Source: a virus | Lineage: Duplodnaviria; Caudoviricetes | Virus record (IMG/VR): IMGVR_UViG_3300020392_000017 | Location: 1-60,134 of that record | Strand: one strand, 5' to 3' | DNA: 60,134 bases | Part shown: one piece after another, positions 1 to 9,420 of the stretch | Position numbering within the stretch: the stretch's first letter is position 1 | How the letters are laid out: every line of letters begins with the position of its first letter | Position numbers and translations under genes: made by a program | The notes under the pieces: model-generated | Databases searched by the model: none | What the model saw: only the letters and a program-made list of their open reading frames with translations | What the model was told of the DNA's origin: nothing

Positions 1-210
1 GAGGAAGAAGTTGCTGAAGAAGGAGTAACTAACGAAGCAGAAGTAAAGTCTGATGAAGATTTTAAAGAGTATGCATTTACTGTTTTAGGAAAAGCATTCG
101 GAGATAAATTTGACGAAGAAAAAGCACAAGAAGTTGTAGACGGTTTATTAGACAAACACGGCGATGACTATGGTGCAGCAGTTGGCGCACTAACATCATC
201 ACTAGGATAA
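1..210 (+). CDS. Partial (5'-truncated) acidic hypothetical protein, probably a virion internal protein
   Basis: Frame 1 is open from base 1 (EEEVAEEGVTNEAEVK...ALTSSLG) to TAA at 208-210; acidic, with a TNE motif like its neighbours. Confidence 0.7.
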   Translation, partial: EEEVAEEGVTNEAEVKSDEDFKEYAFTVLGKAFGDKFDEEKAQEVVDGLLDKHGDDYGAAVGALTSSLG

Positions 211-230
211 AATAAATCTAAAAACTTCTT

Positions 231-1502
231 ATGAAGATATACACAAATTTTACAGAATTCATAAACGAAAAGCTCCAGGTAAACAACTTGGAGAACTTCG
301 TATTTGAGGGTGGGGCTGCAGGACACATGATGCACCCATTCGATGACAACTCACTTACATTTGCTGACTTTAAGAGAATTGTGAACTCTGCTTTACAGGG
401 AGGTCTTGATTTTGAAGAGGCTCCAACTGAAAAGACAGATGGTCAGAATGTATTCGCAACTGTAAAGGATGGTAAAGCTATGTTTGCTAGAAACAAAGGC
501 CAACTAGCTAATCCACTCGACTTAAATGGTATCATTAAGATGTTCACTGGCCACGCTTCAAAGCTGGTTGAAGAAACATTCATCTTCGCTGCTAAAGATC
601 TAGCAGAAGCGCTCCCAAAGCTTAAGGACCAATCTGTATTCCAAGACGGTAAGTCTTTTATCAACATGGAGTTAATTTACTCCAAAAACCCTAATGTAAT
701 TTACTATGATAGAGATGTTATTCAATTCCACGGTATGAAAGTTACTGATGGTAATGGTAATATCATAGGTGAAGAGAATATCGCAGCAGAAATAGTAAAA
801 GCACTGAGAGAGTTAAAAGCTGATATTGGTAAAACATTTACAATAATTCCCCCTCAAATTTTAAAGCTAGCAAAAGATATTAACTTTGATGAGAGAGTCG
901 GCTATTACGAAAAAGCGATAAATAAACTAAGAGATACTTATGGTTTATCAGATCAAGATGAAGTCAAAATGTATCACGAGGCTTGGTGGAGAAACCAAAT
1001 CGAAGAGAACTTTGCAGATTTAGACCCAGCATTAAAAGAAGGTCTTTTATTAAGATGGGCATATTTAGACAAGAAGACTCTAAATATGAGAGATTTAAAG
1101 AAGGCAGTTACTCCAGAACAAGCAAAAGCCGTCAAAGATTTTGATGGTCAAAGAAATAAGAAGTATAAAGAAAACATTCTACCTTTCGAGAACCTATTTT
1201 TAGAATTAGGTGCAGATGTTTTAAAGAACGTTTCTAATTTTGTTGCTGCTAATCCAGAAGCTGAGAAAGCAAGATTACATAAGCAAATCAGATCTGAAGC
1301 AGATAAAGTTAGAAAGAACGGCGACCTAAAACAAATCGATAAAGTAGAAAAAGAATTAAAGAGACTAGAAGGTATTGGTGGTATCGAGTCAATTATTCCA
1401 ACAGAAGGTCTAGTCTTTAAATACAATGGTAAAACATTCAAGTTAACTGGTACTTTTGCCGCTATTAACCAGTTGATGGGTATTATTAAATACGGTAGAT
1501 AA
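231..1502 (+). CDS. ATP-dependent RNA-ligase-like nucleotidyltransferase with an N-terminal capsid-targeting-like peptide
   Basis: Motif I EKTDGQN, FARNK, motifs IV/V EGLVFK...FKLTG; N-terminus MKIYTNFTEFINE resembles the T4 internal-protein CTS. Confidence 0.65.
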   Translation: MKIYTNFTEFINEKLQVNNLENFVFEGGAAGHMMHPFDDNSLTFADFKRIVNSALQGGLDFEEAPTEKTDGQNVFATVKDGKAMFARNKGQLANPLDLNGIIKMFTGHASKLVEETFIFAAKDLAEALPKLKDQSVFQDGKSFINMELIYSKNPNVIYYDRDVIQFHGMKVTDGNGNIIGEENIAAEIVKALRELKADIGKTFTIIPPQILKLAKDINFDERVGYYEKAINKLRDTYGLSDQDEVKMYHEAWWRNQIEENFADLDPALKEGLLLRWAYLDKKTLNMRDLKKAVTPEQAKAVKDFDGQRNKKYKENILPFENLFLELGADVLKNVSNFVAANPEAEKARLHKQIRSEADKVRKNGDLKQIDKVEKELKRLEGIGGIESIIPTEGLVFKYNGKTFKLTGTFAAINQLMGIIKYGR

Positions 1503-1511
1503 TAAAATACT

Positions 1512-3371
1512 ATGGCACTAAATAACTTAAAAACATATTTCGAAGGAGCTAATATCGCAGACGTTGACAAACTTCTCAACCACAAATGTATTGTGACTGA
1601 GAAAATTAACGGCTCATCTTTTCACGCTAGAAGACAAGGCAATGATTTTGCATTCTATAAGTCAGGTTCTAAAGACAAGATGAATGTAGTCGATAGAACA
1701 ATCGTTAGATATTATGAGAATGCGATTAGACATTTTAGATCTGTTTCACAAGATGTTGTAGAAGATATGCCATTCGATTGGAAATTCGGTTTCGAATATC
1801 TAGCAGATAGTAAAACTCTAGATGTTGACTATGATTTATTACCGAAATCAAATTTAATACTAACACATATACAAGTATTACAACCTTCTAATCCTAACAA
1901 AATTAGAAAGGTAATTAGAGATACTAAAGTACTTAATAAGTGGGCAGATAAATTAGGTGTTGAAAAACCACCAGTAATTTTCGAAGGCTTACTAGACTCA
2001 GGTCAAAAGGATAAACTTAAGCAAACTCTCGCAATGTCAATCAATGAATTTGAAGACATGTTTGAGAATGAAGAAAAACCTTCTTTCACAAGAACTATAT
2101 ACGGTATCTTCAATGAGAACATGAAGCAATCAGCTTTAATGAATGACCTATCTAAGGATGCTGCAGGCTTTATTATTAATTTTCACGATGGTAAAAGCAT
2201 TCAATCATACTTATTAGAGAAGTTTAATAAAAAGCCTAGACCAGATAGAAAACCATCTGACATGTATCAGATTACTATCTTAGATATTGTTGAACACCTA
2301 TCTCAGTTTGATTTTGCTTCAATCCAATTGAATGAAGAAAAACCAGGCTATAGATATTTAGAGTTAATGTCAAGTATATTTAATGACTATGTTCAAGCAA
2401 ATGCAACAAAATATATTGGTGCTAAATTTGACTCTGCAGATTTTTCAGAGTCTCCGATGTTTGAGTTAAACACAAAGTTTATTAATAACGAGAAAACTCT
2501 AACATTAGTACAAGATAAAATTTTAATGGAATTGTTTAAAATTACTTTAGGCTCTTTCAGAAAGAAAAGACATAAAGAGACTGCTCTAATTAATACAGAT
2601 CTAATGCAAGAAATAAATGACATCATTGAGAAAATAGAGAATATGGTGATGGCAAAAACAAACGAAGGCGATGTCATGAATTTTAAACAATATCTACTTA
2701 ACCAATCAATTGATGGTAAAATCAGTCCAATTACAGAAGGTCTAACTGTAAAGTATAAAGACCAAGGTAAGAAGCTCGTAAATATGTTTGTTGGTAGATT
2801 TCAACCATTTACATTAGGACATGCAAAAGTTATAGAAACTATCAATAAGCAAAATGGCTATCCAGTTGTTATCTTCCTAATTAAGTCTAAGACTAAGAAA
2901 GCAGAAGATGCATTCAAGAGACCTTATGATGAAGAAACTCAATTAGCAATGTTAAACAGATTAAAGTCTTCATATCCAATTGAAGATGTAATTATTTTAC
3001 CAACAGCAGCAATTGATAAAATGTTCAACGAATTAAGACCTAAGTACGAACCAGTACTTTGGGGAACTGGAACTGATAGAATGAAAGTATATGGCTATCA
3101 AGTAGACAAGCAAGAGTATAGAGAAGACTTAGGTGTTAGAGATGATTTTGGTCTATTTGAAATTCCAAGATCAGGTAAGAACATTTCAGCTACTCAAGTT
3201 AGAAACGCGATGCTTGATGGCAACGAAAGACTATTTAAAAAATTAACTCCGAAGGGAGTTCACGGTATGTACGGTGAATTAAAGATGAAGTTAGAAGACT
3301 CAATGGGTGTGATGGCAGAATCTAATGAGACAGAGTTCTTAACCTTCGATGAGTTTGTGAAGAATATATAA
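1512..3371 (+). CDS. Fusion of an Rnl2-like ligase domain (possibly degenerate) and a HIGH-family cytidylyltransferase/NMNAT-like domain
   Basis: N-terminal TEKINGSSF, FGFEY, PPVIFEG; C-terminal GRFQPFTLGH (HxGH-like), GTDR, ISATQVR. Confidence 0.7.
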   Translation: MALNNLKTYFEGANIADVDKLLNHKCIVTEKINGSSFHARRQGNDFAFYKSGSKDKMNVVDRTIVRYYENAIRHFRSVSQDVVEDMPFDWKFGFEYLADSKTLDVDYDLLPKSNLILTHIQVLQPSNPNKIRKVIRDTKVLNKWADKLGVEKPPVIFEGLLDSGQKDKLKQTLAMSINEFEDMFENEEKPSFTRTIYGIFNENMKQSALMNDLSKDAAGFIINFHDGKSIQSYLLEKFNKKPRPDRKPSDMYQITILDIVEHLSQFDFASIQLNEEKPGYRYLELMSSIFNDYVQANATKYIGAKFDSADFSESPMFELNTKFINNEKTLTLVQDKILMELFKITLGSFRKKRHKETALINTDLMQEINDIIEKIENMVMAKTNEGDVMNFKQYLLNQSIDGKISPITEGLTVKYKDQGKKLVNMFVGRFQPFTLGHAKVIETINKQNGYPVVIFLIKSKTKKAEDAFKRPYDEETQLAMLNRLKSSYPIEDVIILPTAAIDKMFNELRPKYEPVLWGTGTDRMKVYGYQVDKQEYREDLGVRDDFGLFEIPRSGKNISATQVRNAMLDGNERLFKKLTPKGVHGMYGELKMKLEDSMGVMAESNETEFLTFDEFVKNI

Positions 3372-3390
3372 ACAAATATAGCATATTATT

Positions 3391-3795
3391 ATGGAAAACG
3401 TTTTATCATTCGAAGATTTCAAAAACTCAGTAAATGAGTCAATCCAATTCGGCTCATATCACTTTAGTGACAGAACATCATTCGGAGAACACAGTGATGA
3501 TTTACCTGAAAAAGGTGAAAGTAAATTTTTAGTAATGTCACATACTGAAGTAGAGTTTGATGGCAGAAGATACAGACTAGATGGTCAACATACTAGTTTT
3601 GGTCAAGGAAGTAAAAGATATATTATTGGTCTTTTTGAAGACGAAGCTTCTGCTACAGAAGCATACAAGAATGCCATAAAAAAACCAGAAGGCGCATACG
3701 TTTCTTTCTCAATGGGAACATTAACTGCAAAATCTAAATTTGCATTTATGTACACTGAAAAAGAGGGACACCTAGCAAAAATTAAAGTAAGATAA
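3391..3795 (+). CDS. Hypothetical putative internal head protein
   Basis: N-terminus SFEDFKNSVNE (CTS-like); late-promoter variant AATATATAA at 3363-3371. Confidence 0.6.
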   Translation: MENVLSFEDFKNSVNESIQFGSYHFSDRTSFGEHSDDLPEKGESKFLVMSHTEVEFDGRRYRLDGQHTSFGQGSKRYIIGLFEDEASATEAYKNAIKKPEGAYVSFSMGTLTAKSKFAFMYTEKEGHLAKIKVR

Positions 3796-3797
3796 TC

Positions 3798-5963
3798 ATG
3801 GCATCATTCGAAGACTTTTTATCAGAAGGTAAGAAATTACAAATCAAAAGAAAATATACAGAGAACCACCCTGCTAAAACCGTAGGTAAAACTGCTAATG
3901 TAAGAAATGCAGTCCTACAAGCTATTAAAGATGGTGTGGTGACAAGAGAAGAGTTCAACAAAATTCTTTCTGAGTTATCTGCTGATTCTAGACAATGGTC
4001 TTCTAGAAACAGAAAGTATTTCAATATCTCTGAAGAAGGTATTAAACTTTCAAAGTGGGGTATGAGAATTCTAAATGAATTAGACTCTGAAGAAGAGGAA
4101 ATGATTCTATCTGATGAAATTAGTGAGAATGTAAAAGTCTTAAAAGACAAATGGCCTTATGTTGAGTTTAAACTAAAAGGCAAAAAGCATAAAGTAGACT
4201 TTGAGTACGAAGATGAAATTGATGACCACGGTAACGAAGGTAAAGATCAATACTATAGAGGAGAAGATGAAGACGGTAATTTCTTTGAAGTAGATGTCTA
4301 TGCTGATTCCAGAGGTGAAGTACAAGATGTATTATATGATACTCTAGTACAAGTTGATGAATCTACAGTAAACGAGAAAGATGATGCAGGTACTCACTTA
4401 GATAATTTAGAATCTATTGTAGGTAAAGCTAGAGATTTCTTTGCAATCGGTAAAGAACTAGATAAAGGTGGTTACAAAAAGAAATACTTCTATAGCGATA
4501 CGATGGCTCCATCATATACAATTGAAGTAGATGGCTTCAAGTTCGCTATCATTAATAAAAAGTATGTTGACAAAGGAGACAGAGAAGTTGGAGACATCGC
4601 AATCGGACTATTAGAAAATATGAATACAAACATGGAAAATAAAAAACTAAACGAAGCTAAAGAATTAGCTATCGGTGAAAAAGGAGTCGACTATAACGAT
4701 AATGTTGTAGAAGTGATAGCAATCGACAGATACAGAAAAATTGCTCAAATGTTCAAAAAAGAAATGAAGGCAGATGCTGAAGATTATGGTTTTGAAGAAA
4801 CTGTAAAGGGAGACTACTACCTCACTAAGAACATCGAATCAGAAGAGGGTAATGTAGGTGACTTTGCAATCTATCCAGTAAAATATGATTTCTCAATGTA
4901 TTGGGGCTTAGATCCAGTAAAAGAATCTTTTAGCCTATTTGAATCATTCGGAGATTTCTTAAATGCTAAAGGTTTTCTTAACGAAGCAATTAACTCTTCT
5001 ATTTTAAGATCAGTTTTATCGAATGGTAGAGAGGGTAAACAAGGTAAGAAAAATCTTTCTATGTTAGCTAAAGGTTTTTATGGATTATCTAAAGTAGCTC
5101 TTGATAAAATTGAAGATGAAGATTTCATTATTAGTAATGATGTAAGTAAAATCTTTAAGAACTATGGTGGTAATAGCCATGTACTTTTCTTTATCTCAGA
5201 TAATGAGAAAGAAAACCCATACTATGATACAAAGAACGGATCTTGGAATGACTATAAGATGGTTCCAGGTGGAGGTATTGTATTAGCAGCTATGTCTGGT
5301 GATAGACAATTCTTCCGTAACGAATGGTCAAGATGGTCAGGTGGTAGAGTTTGGTCTAAAGATAAAAAAGGTGACGAAGGACAAATTGGTATCAACCATA
5401 AATACAGAGGTTGGGGCGCATCAGGACTTAACAACGGTAAGAGAATTGCAGAGATGTCTGATAGAGTTATTGTTATTAACTTAGAATTAATTAGACAAAA
5501 GTATTCTACTGACCAATTAAGAAAAGCTAGAGCAGAAGCTAAAGCAGGTGCATCAGCTTTCAAATCTGATAAAGAATTTAAAGATGCTAACGTAAATAGA
5601 TACCACAAGATCTTAGCTGATAAAGCAGCAAGTTTACCACTAGATAAAATGGTATCAGATGCAATCGATAAACTGGCTAAGCAAATCTCAGATGGTTTAG
5701 CTAAAGGTGAGAAGACTCAATATAATGAAATTAAAATTGGTGTAAGTCCTAAAGGTAGAGATGTAAAAGCAAGAGACGCATCTCAACACATGTCGAATAT
5801 CTTAGATAACTATGGTAGATATGTAGATTACATTAGACAAGGTGAAGAATCTGAAGCTAGATACGGTGAAAGAGAATCTTACTATGAGAGAGAAGCTAAG
5901 AACTACGCTAAAGACGTTAAAGATAAAATCAACAAGATTGATAGTTTCGACTACGCTTGGTAA
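3798..5963 (+). CDS. Modular hypothetical putative internal head polyprotein
   Basis: Starts MASFEDFLSE; segments are separated by ILNE/TVNE/KLNE/FLNE prohead-protease-type sites. Confidence 0.6.
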   Translation: MASFEDFLSEGKKLQIKRKYTENHPAKTVGKTANVRNAVLQAIKDGVVTREEFNKILSELSADSRQWSSRNRKYFNISEEGIKLSKWGMRILNELDSEEEEMILSDEISENVKVLKDKWPYVEFKLKGKKHKVDFEYEDEIDDHGNEGKDQYYRGEDEDGNFFEVDVYADSRGEVQDVLYDTLVQVDESTVNEKDDAGTHLDNLESIVGKARDFFAIGKELDKGGYKKKYFYSDTMAPSYTIEVDGFKFAIINKKYVDKGDREVGDIAIGLLENMNTNMENKKLNEAKELAIGEKGVDYNDNVVEVIAIDRYRKIAQMFKKEMKADAEDYGFEETVKGDYYLTKNIESEEGNVGDFAIYPVKYDFSMYWGLDPVKESFSLFESFGDFLNAKGFLNEAINSSILRSVLSNGREGKQGKKNLSMLAKGFYGLSKVALDKIEDEDFIISNDVSKIFKNYGGNSHVLFFISDNEKENPYYDTKNGSWNDYKMVPGGGIVLAAMSGDRQFFRNEWSRWSGGRVWSKDKKGDEGQIGINHKYRGWGASGLNNGKRIAEMSDRVIVINLELIRQKYSTDQLRKARAEAKAGASAFKSDKEFKDANVNRYHKILADKAASLPLDKMVSDAIDKLAKQISDGLAKGEKTQYNEIKIGVSPKGRDVKARDASQHMSNILDNYGRYVDYIRQGEESEARYGERESYYEREAKNYAKDVKDKINKIDSFDYAW

Positions 5964-5980
5964 TATAACACGATAAAGAT

Positions 5981-6532
5981 ATGAAAATAATTCCAACATT
6001 CGAACAATTCTTAAACGAGAAAACATATAGACTTTCTGGTTACTATTCTGCTAAAGGCTTAATCGGTAAGATTATGCAAGCTTTCAAGAAGCAGATACAA
6101 GGCCTAAAACATGAAGGTGATGTCATGGGTACTTTAGAAGAAGTAAACAAGGAATGGGACAAATTCAAGAAAGACGCACATAAAATGATTTTAGACCAGG
6201 TTAAGAAAGCAGTAGGTAGTATGGACGGAGTTGTATTCGTAACAGCAGATCTATCTAAGTGGTCTATGGATGAGGTAAATGGCCTTAATGATTTAGAAGG
6301 TGAATTTGCTTCTTCATTATACATTGCACTATTAGATGGTGATATGGTAATCAATGTTGGTTTTGCAGATGACGTTGACGCTGGTAAATACAAAAGAAAG
6401 TTTGACAAAGAGTCTTACCAAAATTCAGCTATTGCTACAGAAGATGATGTAATCTTCGGTACAATTTCTGATGTAGGTGATAATAACCTAGAGCTAAGAG
6501 CTGGTGAAGTCATGCAGATTGACGCAAAGTAA
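5981..6532 (+). CDS. Hypothetical putative internal head protein
   Basis: N-terminus MKIIPTFEQFLNE (CTS-like). Confidence 0.6.
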   Translation: MKIIPTFEQFLNEKTYRLSGYYSAKGLIGKIMQAFKKQIQGLKHEGDVMGTLEEVNKEWDKFKKDAHKMILDQVKKAVGSMDGVVFVTADLSKWSMDEVNGLNDLEGEFASSLYIALLDGDMVINVGFADDVDAGKYKRKFDKESYQNSAIATEDDVIFGTISDVGDNNLELRAGEVMQIDAK

Positions 6533-6549
6533 AAATACTAAAAAAGGAG

Positions 6550-6756
6550 TTGGCATCTTGTAAATTAAAAGAAAGTAGTAAAGAATATAAAAGAGACAGT
6601 AATAATAAAATGACCAAGAAATGGGCATGGAAACATTACACTGTTCACAACACTTCAACAGAAGAGTTACTAAAGGCTTACGAGAATTCCAACATGCGTA
6701 GAAAGAAGAACATAATTAGAAAAGAATTAGAGAAAAGAAATGCCATCAGTAAGTAA
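6550..6756 (+). CDS. Small basic hypothetical protein
   Basis: TTG start, 68 aa, overlaps the start of the next gene. Confidence 0.5.
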   Translation: MASCKLKESSKEYKRDSNNKMTKKWAWKHYTVHNTSTEELLKAYENSNMRRKKNIIRKELEKRNAISK

Positions 6757-8095
6757 ATCACAACAGAGATTAATGGGAGTTGCATACGCAGTTAAATCTG
6801 GTAGTATGAAACTTAAAGACGTAGACTCAGCTTATAGAGATAAAGTTAAATCTATGGTAGATGGTATGACTAAGAAAGATCTAAAGAAATACGCTTCAAC
6901 AAAACACGATAAATTACCAGAGACAGTAGATGAGACCTATCAACAGACTGCGATTACTCCAGCTGTTATCGGTGGTATGGGAGGCGTTGCTTTTCCTTCA
7001 GCTGGACAATTAGGCTCAGGTGATTTCCCTCACACAATGGTTCAAGTCGCAGATATTGATGACGACGAGGAAAAGAAAAAACAAAAAGGTACAGTGAAGA
7101 ATTTACAAGCAGAAGATCTAGCGTTAACTTTCAAAGCTTTCGTAAACGAAAAGTTTGACCAACGTCCTGGTGAATTAGTTAAAGATCTACATTTTGAGAC
7201 AGATCCTAAGAAAGCTGAAGCGATGAAAATCGAATTAGGTAGAAGACAGGGAGAGGTTACAACAAGAAAGCAAATTGAAGGCGGCGATTATTCTCTAAGA
7301 AGATTTAGAAAAGAGATTAGATATGGTGATGGTTCATACGTTGGAGTATTTATGCCAGGCTCTTATGATGCTGCTACCTCTAAATTAGGTGATGGTCCAC
7401 ATAAGAAAGCAGTTAAGAAAGTAAAGTGGAACTATAAGAAATATCAACAGTGGGTTGATGATGTAGCTTCTAATGATGGTTGGAGACATGCATACGATAT
7501 GGCACAAAATGCAAAGCATGAACCAGGATTACTACAGTGGGCTAAGAAAGAATTTAGAGGAGAAGATGTAATGCAGAGAATTCAATGGGATATTGAAGCT
7601 TATGCAGAATCTGTAGTTACTGAAAAGAAACTTAAATTTAAAGTAGGTGATTTCATTAAAAAGAAGAAAAAGTATGGTGGTGGAGCCTTGTCGTATGAAA
7701 TTAAAGCTATTAAGCCAAAATTTAATGCGGTTGAAATTTATCTAGACGTTACAGGTAAAAGCCAAATGCAAACATTTCAACATATTGAAAAAGAATGGGA
7801 ACTTGCAGAATCTGTAGTTAACGAAAAGAAGTTAGACAGAGAAGATATGATGAAGTTCGTTGACAAGTATATGAGAATAGCTGGAACATCAGAAGAATTT
7901 AACGGAAGCGAAGGAGGTATTTGGGTTTCAGGAGAAGATATGGATGAGTTCAAAGGACAAGTAATATATGACTACTATGCTGAAGGCAGAGGTTATGAGC
8001 TGGGAGTAAATGTCAAGTGGGAAAAGGAACTTAATAAAAGAGGATGGTATAGTGAGTGGTACGATGCAGGCACCGTACAAATATGGCCTATATAA
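6740..8095 (+). CDS. Modular protein with an N-terminal DUF3008-like domain and VNE/VTE-delimited modules
   Basis: MPSVSKSQQRLMG...YASTKHDKLP resembles DUF3008; internal TFKAFVNE, ESVVTE, ESVVNE. Confidence 0.6.
   Translation: MPSVSKSQQRLMGVAYAVKSGSMKLKDVDSAYRDKVKSMVDGMTKKDLKKYASTKHDKLPETVDETYQQTAITPAVIGGMGGVAFPSAGQLGSGDFPHTMVQVADIDDDEEKKKQKGTVKNLQAEDLALTFKAFVNEKFDQRPGELVKDLHFETDPKKAEAMKIELGRRQGEVTTRKQIEGGDYSLRRFRKEIRYGDGSYVGVFMPGSYDAATSKLGDGPHKKAVKKVKWNYKKYQQWVDDVASNDGWRHAYDMAQNAKHEPGLLQWAKKEFRGEDVMQRIQWDIEAYAESVVTEKKLKFKVGDFIKKKKKYGGGALSYEIKAIKPKFNAVEIYLDVTGKSQMQTFQHIEKEWELAESVVNEKKLDREDMMKFVDKYMRIAGTSEEFNGSEGGIWVSGEDMDEFKGQVIYDYYAEGRGYELGVNVKWEKELNKRGWYSEWYDAGTVQIWPI
7603..7830 (+). repeat. 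Direct repeat pair (about 27 bp, 201 bp apart) bracketing one protein module
   Basis: TGCAGAATCTGTAGTTACTGAAAAGAA at 7603 and TGCAGAATCTGTAGTTAACGAAAAGAA at 7804. Confidence 0.85.
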
Positions 8096-8119
8096 GGACA
8101 AAATTTTTACAAAAAAGTT

Positions 8120-8150
8120 AGCCTGATATTTTTTTATGTCAGGCTTTTTT
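8120..8150 (+). terminator. Intrinsic terminator ending the internal-protein block; overlaps a promoter
   Basis: AGCCTGA...TCAGGCT stem followed by a T run. Confidence 0.65.
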
Positions 8151-8162
8151 ATTATATTAGTA
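8137..8162 (+). promoter_or_regulatory. Class I (early/host-type) promoter TGTCA-N11-TATATTAGTA
   Basis: Same motif and spacing at 42458 and 18942(-); resembles the Bacteroidota -7 element TAnnTTTG. Confidence 0.65.
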
Positions 8163-8167
8163 CTGTG

Positions 8168-8329
8168 ATGAACAAGAAAAAGAAAAATGATGATAAATTA
8201 GACTTCAACGGAGGGTGGTCCTCTGGTGAGGCTGCACATCATATTTCTAAGAAGATGACACAGCAGACTCAAAAGTCTAAAAAGAATTATACAAGAAAGA
8301 AGAAACACAAAAACAAAGACGATGAATAA
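8168..8329 (+). CDS. Small basic protein with an ArfA-like KKxYxRKxKH tail
   Basis: 53 aa MNKKKK...QTQKSKKNYTRKKKHKNKDDE, absent from the ORF track; overlaps the next start. Confidence 0.55.
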   Translation: MNKKKKNDDKLDFNGGWSSGEAAHHISKKMTQQTQKSKKNYTRKKKHKNKDDE

Positions 8330-9017
8330 AATTGTTTTTATCGGAGACATCCATGGACATGACACATGGAAGCCTATTGTCAGTAAGCATAAGGATGCTG
8401 ACCACTTTGTGTTTGTTGGTGATTACTTTGATGCTTTCTTAATTACTCCTGCAGTACAAATTCAAAACTTCAAGGATATTATTAAGTTCAAAGAGTCTAA
8501 TCCAGACAATGTAACTCTTCTAATCGGTAACCACGACTTTCACTATATGCCTTGGTGTAGAGGTCAGTATGGCGGCTACTCTCATTTCTTTGCAACAGAG
8601 ATTTGGGAACTCCTGAAGAAGAACATGCACAATCTTGAAGCTGCATGGCAATATAACAATGTACTCGTTACTCATGCTGGAACAAGCAAGACTTGGTATT
8701 TTGAACATACTCCAAAACCCGGTAATATGTTTGAGTTAGCAGATAAAATTAATTTGCTTTGGGCTGAGAGACCAGATCTTTTTAATCATAGTGGAAAAGA
8801 GATTCGTGGAAATTCTCCCCATGATGGACCTTTTTGGATTAGGCCGGCTGCTCTTCGTGAGGATCCGATTGACCCAGAAATCATTCAAATCGTTGGACAC
8901 ACTCAGAGAGAACAGATTTCAAATGCAGATAATGTATTTTGTATTGATACTCTACCCAGAGAGTTTCTAATTATAGAAGACTCCGAGTTTATTATCGAGA
9001 ACGTTTATTCCAAATAA
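8322..9017 (+). CDS. Calcineurin-like metallophosphoesterase
   Basis: GDIHG, GDYFD, GNHD, THAG, GHT motifs. Confidence 0.9.
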   Translation: MNKIVFIGDIHGHDTWKPIVSKHKDADHFVFVGDYFDAFLITPAVQIQNFKDIIKFKESNPDNVTLLIGNHDFHYMPWCRGQYGGYSHFFATEIWELLKKNMHNLEAAWQYNNVLVTHAGTSKTWYFEHTPKPGNMFELADKINLLWAERPDLFNHSGKEIRGNSPHDGPFWIRPAALREDPIDPEIIQIVGHTQREQISNADNVFCIDTLPREFLIIEDSEFIIENVYSK

Positions 9018-9032
9018 TCTACTGAAAGCCGT

Positions 9033-9060
9033 GAAACATTCGCGGCTTTCTTACTATAAT
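9033..9060 (+). promoter_or_regulatory. Class II (middle-type) promoter GAAAC-N17-TATAAT inside a hairpin
   Basis: Recurrent motif; overlaps the inverted repeat GAAAGCCG...CGGCTTTC at 9024-9050. Confidence 0.7.
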
Positions 9061-9084
9061 ACTTACAGTTAAATCTAGTATTAT

Positions 9085-9420
9085 ATGAGCAAAAACATTC
9101 TAAAAACAGCAGACGAAATTATTAACAACAGATCTGAAGAAAAAGAACGTATGTACGGTCCTTTCGAAGAAGGCATGAGACGTGCCGCGATGATCTGTTC
9201 AGGTATGACCGGTAAAGAGTGGTCAGGATCTGATATGTATGCAGCGCTAGTCGCACTTAAATTAAGCAGACATTCTTACAACTATAAAGAAGACAATCTT
9301 CTAGATGCCGTAGCCTATCTTGGTGGCCTCGATAACTATATTAAGAAATATGGTTATGGTGAGACTGAAAAACCTATTAATTTAACAGACGCAGACGCTG
9401 GATATGGAGACAAAGAGTAA
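9085..9420 (+). CDS. DUF6378-like all-alpha NTP pyrophosphohydrolase-type protein
   Basis: R..YG, ALKLSR, DNLLDAVAY pattern typical of this phage family. Confidence 0.6.
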   Translation: MSKNILKTADEIINNRSEEKERMYGPFEEGMRRAAMICSGMTGKEWSGSDMYAALVALKLSRHSYNYKEDNLLDAVAYLGGLDNYIKKYGYGETEKPINLTDADAGYGDKE

